DNA of 63,339 nucleotides, taken from NCBI GenBank assembly GCA_041595375.1, contig JBFHKL010000001.1:1-63339 (forward strand), in the 5' to 3' direction. Below the pieces are notes generated by a model. That model did not search any database, was not told the DNA's origin, and was given only the letters and a program-made list of their open reading frames with translations. A program made the position numbers and the translations under genes. The DNA is from Saccharicrinis sp. (lineage in GTDB: Bacteria > Bacteroidota > Bacteroidia > Bacteroidales > Marinilabiliaceae). This document shows, one piece after another, positions 10,459 to 20,566 of the stretch. Every line of letters begins with the position of its first letter. Positions within the stretch are counted from its first letter, which is position 1.

Positions 10459-13431
10459 ATGAAACAAATTTTAACTGCTATTATTTTTATGATATCAGTA
10501 TCTGTCTTTTCTCAAAACAAGACAATTACTGGTAAAATAACTGATGGCACTGGGCTACCTCTTGCTGGTGCAAACATAATAGAAAAGGGGACATCTAACG
10601 GTGCATTAACTGATTTTGATGGTAATTTCTCTATTACAGTGGCAAATCAAAATTCTATATTAAAAATTTCCTTTATTGGATTTTTGAACCAGGAAATATC
10701 AGTTCAAGGTAAAAATGTAATTAATATTACTTTGAAAGAAGACCTTGAAGCTCTCGATGAAGTGGTAGTAATTGGTTATGGAACCGTGAAGAAAAAGGAT
10801 TTAGTAGGTTCTGTTTCTGTCGTAGATACTAAAGAAGCTTTTTTGACACCAGTGTCCAACCCACAGAATGCGCTTCAAGGTAGAGCATCGGGTGTTCAAG
10901 TAACCTCATCTAATGGGTCACCAGGCAGTGCTCCGGAAATTATAATTCGTGGTGGTAACTCTATAACAGGGGGGAATGATCCTTTGTATGTAATCGATGG
11001 GTTTGTAGGAGCTGATAACATCGCTTCATTGAACCCTAATGATATTGAATCCATGCAAGTGTTAAAAGATGCTTCTTCAACAGCCATATATGGAGCTAGA
11101 GGAACAAATGGTGTAATAATCATTACAACAAAAAAAGGTAAAATAGGTAAGCCTGTTGTAAACTTTAGAGCGTCTTCTGGTATCCAAACGTTACCAAAGG
11201 AAATTGATGTGCAATCCACTCGTGAACTGGCTACGTGGTTTAACAACATTGCTCCAGACCAAACTAATTTACCATTTGATCTAAATGATCTTCCAGCAAC
11301 TGATACCAATTGGCAAAGGGAGTTGATAAGGGAAGCTGTTTTATCTGATTATCAATTGTCTGTTAGTGGGGGTACTGAGGCAGTAAAATATTATGTATCT
11401 GGAGGTGTTCTTTCCCAAGATGGTATTGTAAAAGGTTCTGGTTTTAATAGGTACAGTTTACGTTCCAATATTGATTTTAAGTTGTCAAAGACTTTTAAAG
11501 CAGGATTAAATTTATCCCTTTCAAGAACGGATAAAGATAATAATATGGTAAGTTTTACCCAGTTGCTAAGAGAAGATCCATCAAAGCCTATTTATGATGA
11601 TGAGGGGAATTATTTTATTGGTACTAATCCTATTCTTGGATCTGAAACGGGTCACTTGTTAGCTGATGCTTTATTAGATGAAGATACGGCTACTCTAGAT
11701 AAAATTTTTATAAATACTTATGTTCAGGGAGGTTTCTTTGATAATAAGTTAACATGGAAATCTACTTTTGGAGGAGACTTTGTGTATAACAAACGTCATC
11801 GCTTTACGCCTTCCACCAATCCTAGTTATATAATGAATGACAATCAATTGGCTAGAGCAATAATTAACAGATCCAATAATCAAGAATTTTTGAATGAAAA
11901 CACCCTTAACTATACGGAAACGTTTGGCGACCATTCTTTAAATATTTTAGCTGGTGCTTCGTTCCAGACCCAGAATAGTGAAAGTGTTCAAATAACGGCG
12001 GCCGATATACCAAGTGATGGTGTAGGTGTAAATGCTATTCAATTAGCACCGGCAGAAAGCGTTGGAATAACTTCTGATTATAGTGAAATTCATCAACTTG
12101 GTGTTTTTGGTAGAGTTAATTACATATATAAAGATAGATATATTTTCAATGCATCTCTAAGAAGAGATGGTAAGTCAAGCCTAGGAATCAATGAAAAGTA
12201 TTCAAACTTCCCGTCAGCATCAATTGCATGGAAAGTGAAAGAAGAATCTTTTCTTAAAGATGTAGATGCTATTAATGACCTTAAATTAAGAGTTAATTAT
12301 GGTAGAACTGGAAATTCAGGAGTAGCTGCTTTCAACACAATTGCTAACTATAGTATTGATAACAATACAATTATTGTAAATGGCGTAGTAGTTCCAGGTG
12401 TAACCCAAGGACAGATTGCAAAGCCAGATCTAGGATGGGAGATTACCGATCAATATGATGCAGGTCTTGAATTTTCTTTATTCAATAGAAGACTTTCTGC
12501 TGAGGTTGATGTTTACTATAAAGAAACGACAGATTTATTGTTAGCTGAAAATACAGTTGATTTTACAGGTGTTACAACGCTACTAACAAATATTGGAGCA
12601 GTTAAAAACAGAGGTATTGATGTAACCTTAAATGGAAAAATAGTTAAAACAGACAATTTTAAATGGGATGTTTCCTTGAGCGTCTCTACTTTTAAAAATG
12701 AAGTTTTGGATTTAGGACAAAGTACATTTCTTTCAACTAATAATTTAGGTGCTCCAGCTACGGATGAAGCTAGTAGACTAATGGTTGGCCAGCCTGTTGG
12801 TATATTCTGGGGTGCTAAATATTTAGGATTTGACCCTTCTACTGGCGATGCCATTTTTGAAGATTTAAGTGGTCCTGATGGGGTGCCAGATGGCATATAT
12901 AGTGAAGAATACGATGATCAAATTATAGGAAATGCCAACCCCGACTTTTTCGGAGGACTACAAACTAATTTTACGTATAAAAATTTCGATTTATCCGCAT
13001 TCTTTGCATTTAGTGTCGGTAATGAAAACTATAGTGAAGAATTTTTTCGTGTAAATGAAATTAGTGCAAATAGTTTTGCTTCAATCCGTAATAATATGTG
13101 GTCCGTAAATAATACGGAAAATGCAAAGTACCCTGCTTTTAATAGTGATAATTATGACCTTTCTAGTAGTTTATATGTACAAGATGCGAGTTATTTACGA
13201 TTAAGCACATTACAATTAGGGTATAATTTACCAAAGGATTTAATTAGTGGATTTGATAAACTTAGAGTTTATTTTACGGGTACGAACCTTTTCTTAGTTA
13301 AATCTAAAGATTACGTAGGTTTTGATCCAGATGTAAGCACAGGTGTGGCTAACAAACTTCAACGAGGTTTTGATGGTATAGCCTACCCACAAAACAGATC
13401 TATTCTTATTGGAATTGATGTTAGTTTCTAA
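10459..13431 (+). CDS. susC: SusC-like TonB-dependent transporter
   Basis: EVVVIGYG, PLYVIDG, DIESMQVLKDASSTAIYGARGTNGVIIITTKKG, C-terminal Phe. Confidence 0.97.
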   Translation: MKQILTAIIFMISVSVFSQNKTITGKITDGTGLPLAGANIIEKGTSNGALTDFDGNFSITVANQNSILKISFIGFLNQEISVQGKNVINITLKEDLEALDEVVVIGYGTVKKKDLVGSVSVVDTKEAFLTPVSNPQNALQGRASGVQVTSSNGSPGSAPEIIIRGGNSITGGNDPLYVIDGFVGADNIASLNPNDIESMQVLKDASSTAIYGARGTNGVIIITTKKGKIGKPVVNFRASSGIQTLPKEIDVQSTRELATWFNNIAPDQTNLPFDLNDLPATDTNWQRELIREAVLSDYQLSVSGGTEAVKYYVSGGVLSQDGIVKGSGFNRYSLRSNIDFKLSKTFKAGLNLSLSRTDKDNNMVSFTQLLREDPSKPIYDDEGNYFIGTNPILGSETGHLLADALLDEDTATLDKIFINTYVQGGFFDNKLTWKSTFGGDFVYNKRHRFTPSTNPSYIMNDNQLARAIINRSNNQEFLNENTLNYTETFGDHSLNILAGASFQTQNSESVQITAADIPSDGVGVNAIQLAPAESVGITSDYSEIHQLGVFGRVNYIYKDRYIFNASLRRDGKSSLGINEKYSNFPSASIAWKVKEESFLKDVDAINDLKLRVNYGRTGNSGVAAFNTIANYSIDNNTIIVNGVVVPGVTQGQIAKPDLGWEITDQYDAGLEFSLFNRRLSAEVDVYYKETTDLLLAENTVDFTGVTTLLTNIGAVKNRGIDVTLNGKIVKTDNFKWDVSLSVSTFKNEVLDLGQSTFLSTNNLGAPATDEASRLMVGQPVGIFWGAKYLGFDPSTGDAIFEDLSGPDGVPDGIYSEEYDDQIIGNANPDFFGGLQTNFTYKNFDLSAFFAFSVGNENYSEEFFRVNEISANSFASIRNNMWSVNNTENAKYPAFNSDNYDLSSSLYVQDASYLRLSTLQLGYNLPKDLISGFDKLRVYFTGTNLFLVKSKDYVGFDPDVSTGVANKLQRGFDGIAYPQNRSILIGIDVSF

Positions 13432-13461
13432 TTTAAATATTAACTATTAAAACTTTAAAAA

Positions 13462-15003
13462 ATGAAAAATAAATATTTAACCAAAGTTTTGATGATTGCC
13501 ATATTTGGTTTAACCATCAGTTGTAATAATTTTTTAGATGAAGATGCAAAAGGTTTATTAACCCCTGAAACATTCTTCAAAAATGAAGCTGAGGCAACTT
13601 TAGCCTTAAACAAGTTAAATGAGGAAGTAGGTAACGCAGGATTTCTTTTCTTCTTAGGAACCGATGTGGGAGTTTCAGGTAGAGTAAGCTTAGCGGCTGC
13701 ACATAAGTTTGGTGCTTACGATTTTGATGTGAGTGATAATCGACTTCTATGGGCAACTCAATATTCCACTATTAAAGATGCTAATCTAGTCTTGGCAAGT
13801 ATTGTGAAGTCCTCTTTGTCAGATGAGGTAAAAGGAAAGGTAACTGCTCAGGTACTTTTCTTTAGAGCCTTTCAGTATATAAATCTAGCTACTACTTATG
13901 GAGATGTACCTTATGTTGTCGATGAGTTGACTAACGTTGAAGAAGTTTCCTTAATCGGGCAAACAGATGATACTGTAGTTATTTCAGATATGATTCAAGA
14001 TTTGGATACAGCTATTAAATCTGGGTATTTATCTACGGGTACTTGGGGGGATAATGATGGAAGACCTACAGTTTGGGCTGCACGCATGTTAAAGGCGCAT
14101 GCTCATATTTGGTTGAAACAATGGGATGAAGCTCGTACAGAACTTATTGAAGTAACCACCAAATCTCCGCATCAATTACATGCTGATTACGCAGATAAAT
14201 ATAGAGAAGGACATGAAATTCATTCAGAGATTATTTTTGGCAAACAATATCTGCAGGATATATTAGGTAATATTAATACAGTAGCGCGCCCTAATCTTGC
14301 TGGAGATGCAAAGGCAAAGGCCTCTTTCGCAGAAGTTGGTGTTTCTAATGGGTCTGCACCTTTTACATTAAGAAAGAGTTTTGCCAATACTTATGATAAT
14401 AATGATAAAAGAAAAATTTATAATGTATGGGATAATTATACATTGATAGGTACAACAAAAGTCGTTCAATTCGCATGGACATATATGCCAAAACTTATGA
14501 GTGGACCTGTTCCTATTAGTGATCCTTTATTTGCAGTAGAAGAACCTGCAAATAATTCAAGTCAACCAAGCCGTATATTTTTATTAGCAGATGCCTATTT
14601 ATTACTTGCCGAAGCTGAGTTTATGATAAACGGATCTTCTCAAGCAGCTCTAAATGCCATCAATGCAATAAGAAAAAGAACAGGTTTACTAGACTACAGC
14701 TCTATAACAATTCAAGATATACGTAATGAACGTGCATGGGAGTTGTGTGGAGAAGGTTATTGGGGCAGAAAAAGAGATCTTATCCGATGGGGAATATTAG
14801 ATTCTACAATACTTGCCTTGCCAGCTGCTGAATTGGCTGCGGGAGCAACTGCAGAGGCTATAAAACGTGCGCAAGCAGAGGCTGATATTATTGCAAATGC
14901 TCCAGCAGGTAGATATACGCAATATCCAGTACCACTTGATGACCTTATTCAAAGTCAAACTATTGGTGGTAAATTGGTTCAAAACCCTTTATGGATAGAT
15001 TAG
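13462..15003 (+). CDS. susD: SusD/RagB-like glycan-binding lipoprotein
   Basis: Lipobox TISC, FLDE, YGDVP, ADAYLLLAEA, ERAWELCGEG; directly follows susC. Confidence 0.95.
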   Translation: MKNKYLTKVLMIAIFGLTISCNNFLDEDAKGLLTPETFFKNEAEATLALNKLNEEVGNAGFLFFLGTDVGVSGRVSLAAAHKFGAYDFDVSDNRLLWATQYSTIKDANLVLASIVKSSLSDEVKGKVTAQVLFFRAFQYINLATTYGDVPYVVDELTNVEEVSLIGQTDDTVVISDMIQDLDTAIKSGYLSTGTWGDNDGRPTVWAARMLKAHAHIWLKQWDEARTELIEVTTKSPHQLHADYADKYREGHEIHSEIIFGKQYLQDILGNINTVARPNLAGDAKAKASFAEVGVSNGSAPFTLRKSFANTYDNNDKRKIYNVWDNYTLIGTTKVVQFAWTYMPKLMSGPVPISDPLFAVEEPANNSSQPSRIFLLADAYLLLAEAEFMINGSSQAALNAINAIRKRTGLLDYSSITIQDIRNERAWELCGEGYWGRKRDLIRWGILDSTILALPAAELAAGATAEAIKRAQAEADIIANAPAGRYTQYPVPLDDLIQSQTIGGKLVQNPLWID

Positions 15004-15046
15004 GAAGTTTCAATCTTTAAAATTATTAATGATATAGTTATGAATG

Positions 15047-15089
15047 AATAAATGCGTTGAATTTTTAAGTGTTCAACGCATTTATTTTT
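15047..15089 (+). terminator. Intrinsic terminator/stabilising hairpin after susD
   Basis: 15-bp inverted repeat AATAAATGCGTTGAA/TTCAACGCATTTATT plus Ts. Confidence 0.75.
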
Positions 15090-15241
15090 ATAATTCTAAA
15101 ATTGTTTAAATGCCTAATGTTATAACTATTTAGTATACTAAGATTAATTATTTTGACACGTAATGATTCTTTTTTATATAGTAATAGCTACAGTTTAATT
15201 AATGGTTTTATTTGAATGATTCCACTATAATTTTTCACACA

Positions 15242-16735
15242 ATGAATAAATTACAATTAACCTTAGTCATTTTTTTGCTCTCGCATAGTATTATTTTTAG
15301 CCAGTCGGAAAGTGAAGAAATAAAACAAATTGAGCCCAATTGGGAATCCATGTCGGTAAACTATAAAGTTCCCGAGTGGTTAGTGGATGGTAAACTTGGG
15401 GTATGGTTTCACTGGGGTGTTCCTTCAGCTGTTTATGAGGATCGTCCACGGGACGGGTCTTGGTATGGCAGAAACATGTACGGAGGGGGAAAGAAAATGG
15501 CTCAGGAATTATCAGAGTGGCATATCAAAAGATATGGGCCTTTGGAGGAATTTGGTTATGAAAAACTAGTTCCCTTATTTAAAGCCGAAAATTGGGATCC
15601 AGATGCCTTAGTTGCTTTTGTGAAAGATAACGGTGCGCGTTTTATAATGCCCGTAGCAACTCACCATGATAATTTTGACATGTATGATTCTTCACATCCT
15701 TGGAATTCTGTGGGCATGGGACCCCATCGTGATGTGCTTGCCGAATGGAAAGCGGCCGCAAATAAGCATGGATTAAAGTTTGGTGTTTCAACACATCTAT
15801 ACTGGTCTCCTGGTTGGTGGGCGACTGCCCGTAAATATCAAAAAGAAGGTACTTTAGAATGGAAACTATTCAATATGGATTACGATCCTAAAAACTTTGC
15901 TAGTCAGGACAGTTGGAACCAACATTGGTATGCGCGTTGTTGGGAGATCATTGAAAAATATAATCCAGACATGTTCAATAACGATGCGCCTTTTCCTAAC
16001 GAAGATGGTGGTAAAGGCCTTGGGGTTAAACTTTTTTCAAATTATCTAAACCGAGATCTTAAGAAAAATAATGGAAAACAAACGGTGGTACTCTCATTAA
16101 AAGACAAAAATCTAGATCGTTCAGCTTTTACATATAACCTAGAAAGAGGTGGTGCTAATGAAATTAAACCACAACCTTGGCTATGGGCAACAGATCTTTC
16201 AGGTGATTGGTTTTATAATAAAAATTCTCCTGAGAAAATGAGCATCCCAGTTATGGTAAGTAATGCGATAGATGCCATAAGCAAAAACGGTATTGTTATG
16301 CTCAATATAGGTTTGAAAGGCGATGGAACTATACCAGAAAGACAACAAAGGTATTTAACTGCTTTTGGTGATTTTCTTAAGATTAATGGCGAAGGTGTGT
16401 ATGGTAGTCGTCCATGGAAGACTTTTGGAGAAGGTTTGCTAATAACTAAAGATGGTCGTCAAGGAGAAAACCATCTGGACTATTCCCAAGAAGATATTCG
16501 TTTTACAACCAAAGATGGATTTCTTTACGCATTTGTGCTTGCTCCACCTACGAAGAATATAGTTGTAAAAACTTTGGCAGATGGAGGCTTGCTTGATGAT
16601 AAGATTATAAAAATTCAATTAATGGGAAGTGATGAGAAGATTAAATGGACACGCACTAAAGAGGCACTTACCATTGTGTTGCCAAAAGAAATGCCAGGTA
16701 AAATCGTTAACGGATTTAAGATAACAATCAAATAG
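15242..16735 (+). CDS. GH29 alpha-L-fucosidase
   Basis: PNWESM...PEW, KLGVWFHWG, ATHHDNF, VMLNIG, GSRPW; start moved to the ATG of the MNKLQ signal peptide. Confidence 0.92.
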   Translation: MNKLQLTLVIFLLSHSIIFSQSESEEIKQIEPNWESMSVNYKVPEWLVDGKLGVWFHWGVPSAVYEDRPRDGSWYGRNMYGGGKKMAQELSEWHIKRYGPLEEFGYEKLVPLFKAENWDPDALVAFVKDNGARFIMPVATHHDNFDMYDSSHPWNSVGMGPHRDVLAEWKAAANKHGLKFGVSTHLYWSPGWWATARKYQKEGTLEWKLFNMDYDPKNFASQDSWNQHWYARCWEIIEKYNPDMFNNDAPFPNEDGGKGLGVKLFSNYLNRDLKKNNGKQTVVLSLKDKNLDRSAFTYNLERGGANEIKPQPWLWATDLSGDWFYNKNSPEKMSIPVMVSNAIDAISKNGIVMLNIGLKGDGTIPERQQRYLTAFGDFLKINGEGVYGSRPWKTFGEGLLITKDGRQGENHLDYSQEDIRFTTKDGFLYAFVLAPPTKNIVVKTLADGGLLDDKIIKIQLMGSDEKIKWTRTKEALTIVLPKEMPGKIVNGFKITIK

Positions 16736-16886
16736 TCAATCGGTTATGCTTATGTCTGATAAAAGAATCAGTTTTCCGTAAGCAATCATAAATAATTGTC
16801 TCCTTGAGCGCAGAGGAAAGGCTCGATCTGACATGAATTTTTTAATTATAATTGATTACGGATATTCAACTAAAGAATTTCTAAAA

Positions 16887-18665
16887 ATGAAAAAATCACA
16901 AAATACATTCAAAGTATTAGCCTTTCTTTTATTGGTAATACCAATAATATCATGGGCTCAAAATAGACCCAATGTAATTATTGTAATGACCGATGATCAG
17001 GGATTGGGGGATCTCTCTTGTATGGGAAATCCATATATCAAAACCCCAAATATCGATAAATTTTATACCGATGCGGTGCGTTTTACAAATTATCATGTAT
17101 CTACTACGTGTGCCCCTACTCGTGGCTCATTAATGACTGGCAGGCATACCAATCGTGTAAATGTATTTCATACCATTACGGGACGTTCGTTGCTTTTTGA
17201 AGATGAAGTGATACTTCCCCAAATTTTTGCTCAAAATGGCTACACAAATGGCATGTTTGGAAAATGGCATTTGGGGGATAATTATCCTTATCGTCCAGAA
17301 GATAGAGGATTCCATGAAGTAGTTCGCCATGGTGGAGGAGGAATTACCCAAGGACCTGACTATTGGGGGAATGATTATTTTGACGATACCTATTGGCACA
17401 ACGGGCAACCCCAAAGATACAATGGTTATTGTACTGATGTATTCTTTTCAGAAGCACTAAAATTTATTGAAATCAATAAAGATAAACCTTTTTTCTGTTA
17501 CATAGCTACCAATGCACCCCATGCGCCCTTAAACCTGCCAGAAAAATATTTTAATATTTATAAAGGAAATAACAATATTGAAGAGCATTTCCAAAGGTTT
17601 TATGGAATGATTACAAACATCGATGATAATTTTAAATTGCTGGAAAAGAAATTAGATGCTTTGAATTTAACAGATAATACTATTCTCATTTTTACAACCG
17701 ATAATGGTACCGCAGGGGGAAATAGAATATTTGATGCCGGATTGAAAGGTAGTAAAGGAAGTGTATATGAAGGTGGGCACCGGGTTCCATTATTTATTCG
17801 CTGGCCTAACGGAAAACTTACTGGTGGTAAAAATATAGACGAATTGGTAGCACATTACGATTTGTTGCCAACTTTTGTTGATTTGTTTGGTTTTGATTTC
17901 AACCCCGTTAAACCACTCGATGGAATGAGTTTGAAACCTTTGTTGTACGATACGAATCCGAATTGGGAAAATCGTATTCTATACATGGACACACAAAGGA
18001 TGCAAAACCTTATAAAGTATAGAACCTATACAGTTATGGATGAAAACTGGCGTTTGATAAATGGAAATGAATTGTACAATATGAATAATGACCTTAGCCA
18101 AACAAAAAATATCATAGAACAAAATCCAGAAGTGGCTGAACGTTTAAAAGTAGGGTATGAAAATTGGTGGCAATCCATCATGTCGGAAGGACCAAACGAA
18201 AGATATGGATACATAAAAGTTGGTTCGCCCAAAGAAAATCCTAGTAGAATTTCTGCCCACGATATGTTTACAGGGAGGCATTATGGTTCCTGGCATCAAG
18301 ACGGAGCAGTTAAAGGCGTTCCAGCTAGTGGAAGATGGAAAATTGAATTTGTTGAAGATGGAAAATATGCTATTTCGCTTCGTAGGTTTCCTAGAGAGAG
18401 TGGATTAGCTATTAATGAAACTTTTCCAGCGCAGGAAAAAAGAGTGGAATTGGGCAAAACGATGCCAGCAGCTGTGAAAACAGATTTTATTGAAGCCTAC
18501 TTGTATGTTGCCAATTTAGAGAAAGCAATAAAGATAGAGCCAGGGCAGGCAGAAGTAACCTTTATAGGAAATATTCCAGCCGGGAAATACGATATGGAAG
18601 CACAACTCACTGATAAAGACGGTAGGGTGCACCCGGCTTATTATGTTTATATAGAAAAATTATAA
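16887..18665 (+). CDS. S1 sulfatase with extra C-terminal domain
   Basis: PNVIIVMTDDQG, CAPTRGSLMTG, GKWHLG; start at the MKKSQ signal peptide. Confidence 0.95.
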   Translation: MKKSQNTFKVLAFLLLVIPIISWAQNRPNVIIVMTDDQGLGDLSCMGNPYIKTPNIDKFYTDAVRFTNYHVSTTCAPTRGSLMTGRHTNRVNVFHTITGRSLLFEDEVILPQIFAQNGYTNGMFGKWHLGDNYPYRPEDRGFHEVVRHGGGGITQGPDYWGNDYFDDTYWHNGQPQRYNGYCTDVFFSEALKFIEINKDKPFFCYIATNAPHAPLNLPEKYFNIYKGNNNIEEHFQRFYGMITNIDDNFKLLEKKLDALNLTDNTILIFTTDNGTAGGNRIFDAGLKGSKGSVYEGGHRVPLFIRWPNGKLTGGKNIDELVAHYDLLPTFVDLFGFDFNPVKPLDGMSLKPLLYDTNPNWENRILYMDTQRMQNLIKYRTYTVMDENWRLINGNELYNMNNDLSQTKNIIEQNPEVAERLKVGYENWWQSIMSEGPNERYGYIKVGSPKENPSRISAHDMFTGRHYGSWHQDGAVKGVPASGRWKIEFVEDGKYAISLRRFPRESGLAINETFPAQEKRVELGKTMPAAVKTDFIEAYLYVANLEKAIKIEPGQAEVTFIGNIPAGKYDMEAQLTDKDGRVHPAYYVYIEKL

Positions 18666-18677
18666 TTTTTTGGAACT

Positions 18678-20534
18678 ATGAAAAAATTAAATATAGACAA
18701 AATGTTAAATAAAACCTTACTCTTTTTAACAGTTCTAAGTTTATTCCAACTTGGTTGTCAAAATAAAAAAAATGTAGATGAAACGATTGATTATGTTACA
18801 GAAACAGTAGGGGACGTTGATTTTGGGAAAACAAAAATGTTGGACTATACTCCCGAAATTAGGGAGAACATGAAGCAATTGTATGAGGATAAGTTTGGCA
18901 TGTTTGTTCATTTTGGACCCTATGCACAACTCGCAGGAGATTGGAAGGGCAAAAAAGGTGCTGCGGAATGGATTATGAGACGTAGTTTTATACCTGTTGC
19001 CGAATATGAAAAAGAAGCTGCTGGGAAATTTAGACCTGAAAAATTCAATGCCAAGGAATGGGTGGATATTGCTGAAAATGCAGGGATGAAATTTATTGTA
19101 CTCACAGCAAAGCATCATGATGGATTCGCTATGTATAAATCCAAACACCCTTATAATTTGGTTGATTTTACAGGGTTTAACCGTGATATTTTAAAAGAGT
19201 TAGCCGAAGAATGTAAAGAAAGAGACATGAAGTTAGGCTTTTATTATTCACAGGATCAAGATTGGCATGAAAAAGGTGGTGCCGGTAATGATTGGGATTT
19301 TGGGAGTGTCATAAAACCAGCCGATGAATTTGACGCCTATTTCAAAGAAAAGGCGGTAATGCAAATACAGGAGCTAACTACAAATTATGGCGATATTTTT
19401 ATGGTTTGGTTTGATACCCCTTTTCAAATTACTGATGAACAAAGCCAAATGATGATGGATGTTGTTAAAGAAAACCAACCGGGAGCATTAGTGAATGCAC
19501 GACTAGGTAATGGTTACGGACATTTTGATGTATCGATTGATAACGGTACAACACCAAGCGTTAGTAAATCAACCTGGTTGCCAGATTTAAAAGTGCCGTG
19601 GCAAACGCATGAGTCGGTTACAAAAGATGGATGGGGCTATACCTCACGTGGCGCCGAACTGGATCGTTCTGAAGATTATTCAGATTTTATTTATAGTCTT
19701 TGCCGAATTGTTGGCAATGGAGGTGTGTATTTGTTAAACGTGGCACCTCGCCCTGATGGAACCATTCCAGAATCACAAGTAAACAGTATTAATGCTATTG
19801 GAGAATGGCTAAAAGTAAATGGGGAAGCCATTTATGGAGCCGACCCAAGTCCATTAAAGTTTCCGCCTTATGCCATAACTAGTAAACCGGGTAAAGTATA
19901 TCTTCATGTGAAAGATTGGGAAGACAACCAAATAGCATTGAATGGATTATTATCCAAAGTCTCTAACGCTTATTGTTTAAGTGATGCTTCAAAGCAACCC
20001 ATGACTTTTACCCAAAAAAATGAAAAATTGACTGTGACAGTACCAAAGACATTAAAACAACCCAGAGTTACAGTAGTGGTATTGGAAATTGAGGATAAAG
20101 AAGCTAAGGTAATCGATGAGAAGATTCAACAAGACAAGGACGGAAGTATTAAACTACCGGTTTCAAAATGCGAATTTGCGATTAGAAGAATCAGTTATGA
20201 TTATGACAAACAAGTGACGGTACGTTGGGGCGAAAACACCAAGCAAGGTTTAATTTGGACCGTAAATATAACTCAGCCAGGTACTTTCAAAGTGATTAGT
20301 GAAGATAATGGAAACGAAGATTTTATTTACACACTGGTTACACCAAAGAATTCGTTGGATTTGAATGCCAAAGGAACTATTGGTAAAATGACCAAAAAGA
20401 AACAAGAAGGAAGTATTCAGTTAGACCAAGCGGGTATTTACCAAATTAAGGTTTATCCAAAGGTTATCACAACCAAAGCAACTAAGCAAAGCTATATGTT
20501 TAAAGGATTAGAGTTGGTTCCATTAAAGTTATAG
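18678..20534 (+). CDS. GH29 alpha-L-fucosidase lipoprotein with C-terminal beta-sandwich
   Basis: Lipobox QLGC, KFGMFVHFG, TAKHHDGF, VWFD, LLNVAP. Confidence 0.93.
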   Translation: MKKLNIDKMLNKTLLFLTVLSLFQLGCQNKKNVDETIDYVTETVGDVDFGKTKMLDYTPEIRENMKQLYEDKFGMFVHFGPYAQLAGDWKGKKGAAEWIMRRSFIPVAEYEKEAAGKFRPEKFNAKEWVDIAENAGMKFIVLTAKHHDGFAMYKSKHPYNLVDFTGFNRDILKELAEECKERDMKLGFYYSQDQDWHEKGGAGNDWDFGSVIKPADEFDAYFKEKAVMQIQELTTNYGDIFMVWFDTPFQITDEQSQMMMDVVKENQPGALVNARLGNGYGHFDVSIDNGTTPSVSKSTWLPDLKVPWQTHESVTKDGWGYTSRGAELDRSEDYSDFIYSLCRIVGNGGVYLLNVAPRPDGTIPESQVNSINAIGEWLKVNGEAIYGADPSPLKFPPYAITSKPGKVYLHVKDWEDNQIALNGLLSKVSNAYCLSDASKQPMTFTQKNEKLTVTVPKTLKQPRVTVVVLEIEDKEAKVIDEKIQQDKDGSIKLPVSKCEFAIRRISYDYDKQVTVRWGENTKQGLIWTVNITQPGTFKVISEDNGNEDFIYTLVTPKNSLDLNAKGTIGKMTKKKQEGSIQLDQAGIYQIKVYPKVITTKATKQSYMFKGLELVPLKL

Positions 20535-20566
20535 TTGTAAAAATAAACGTACTGAAATGTTGAAAA

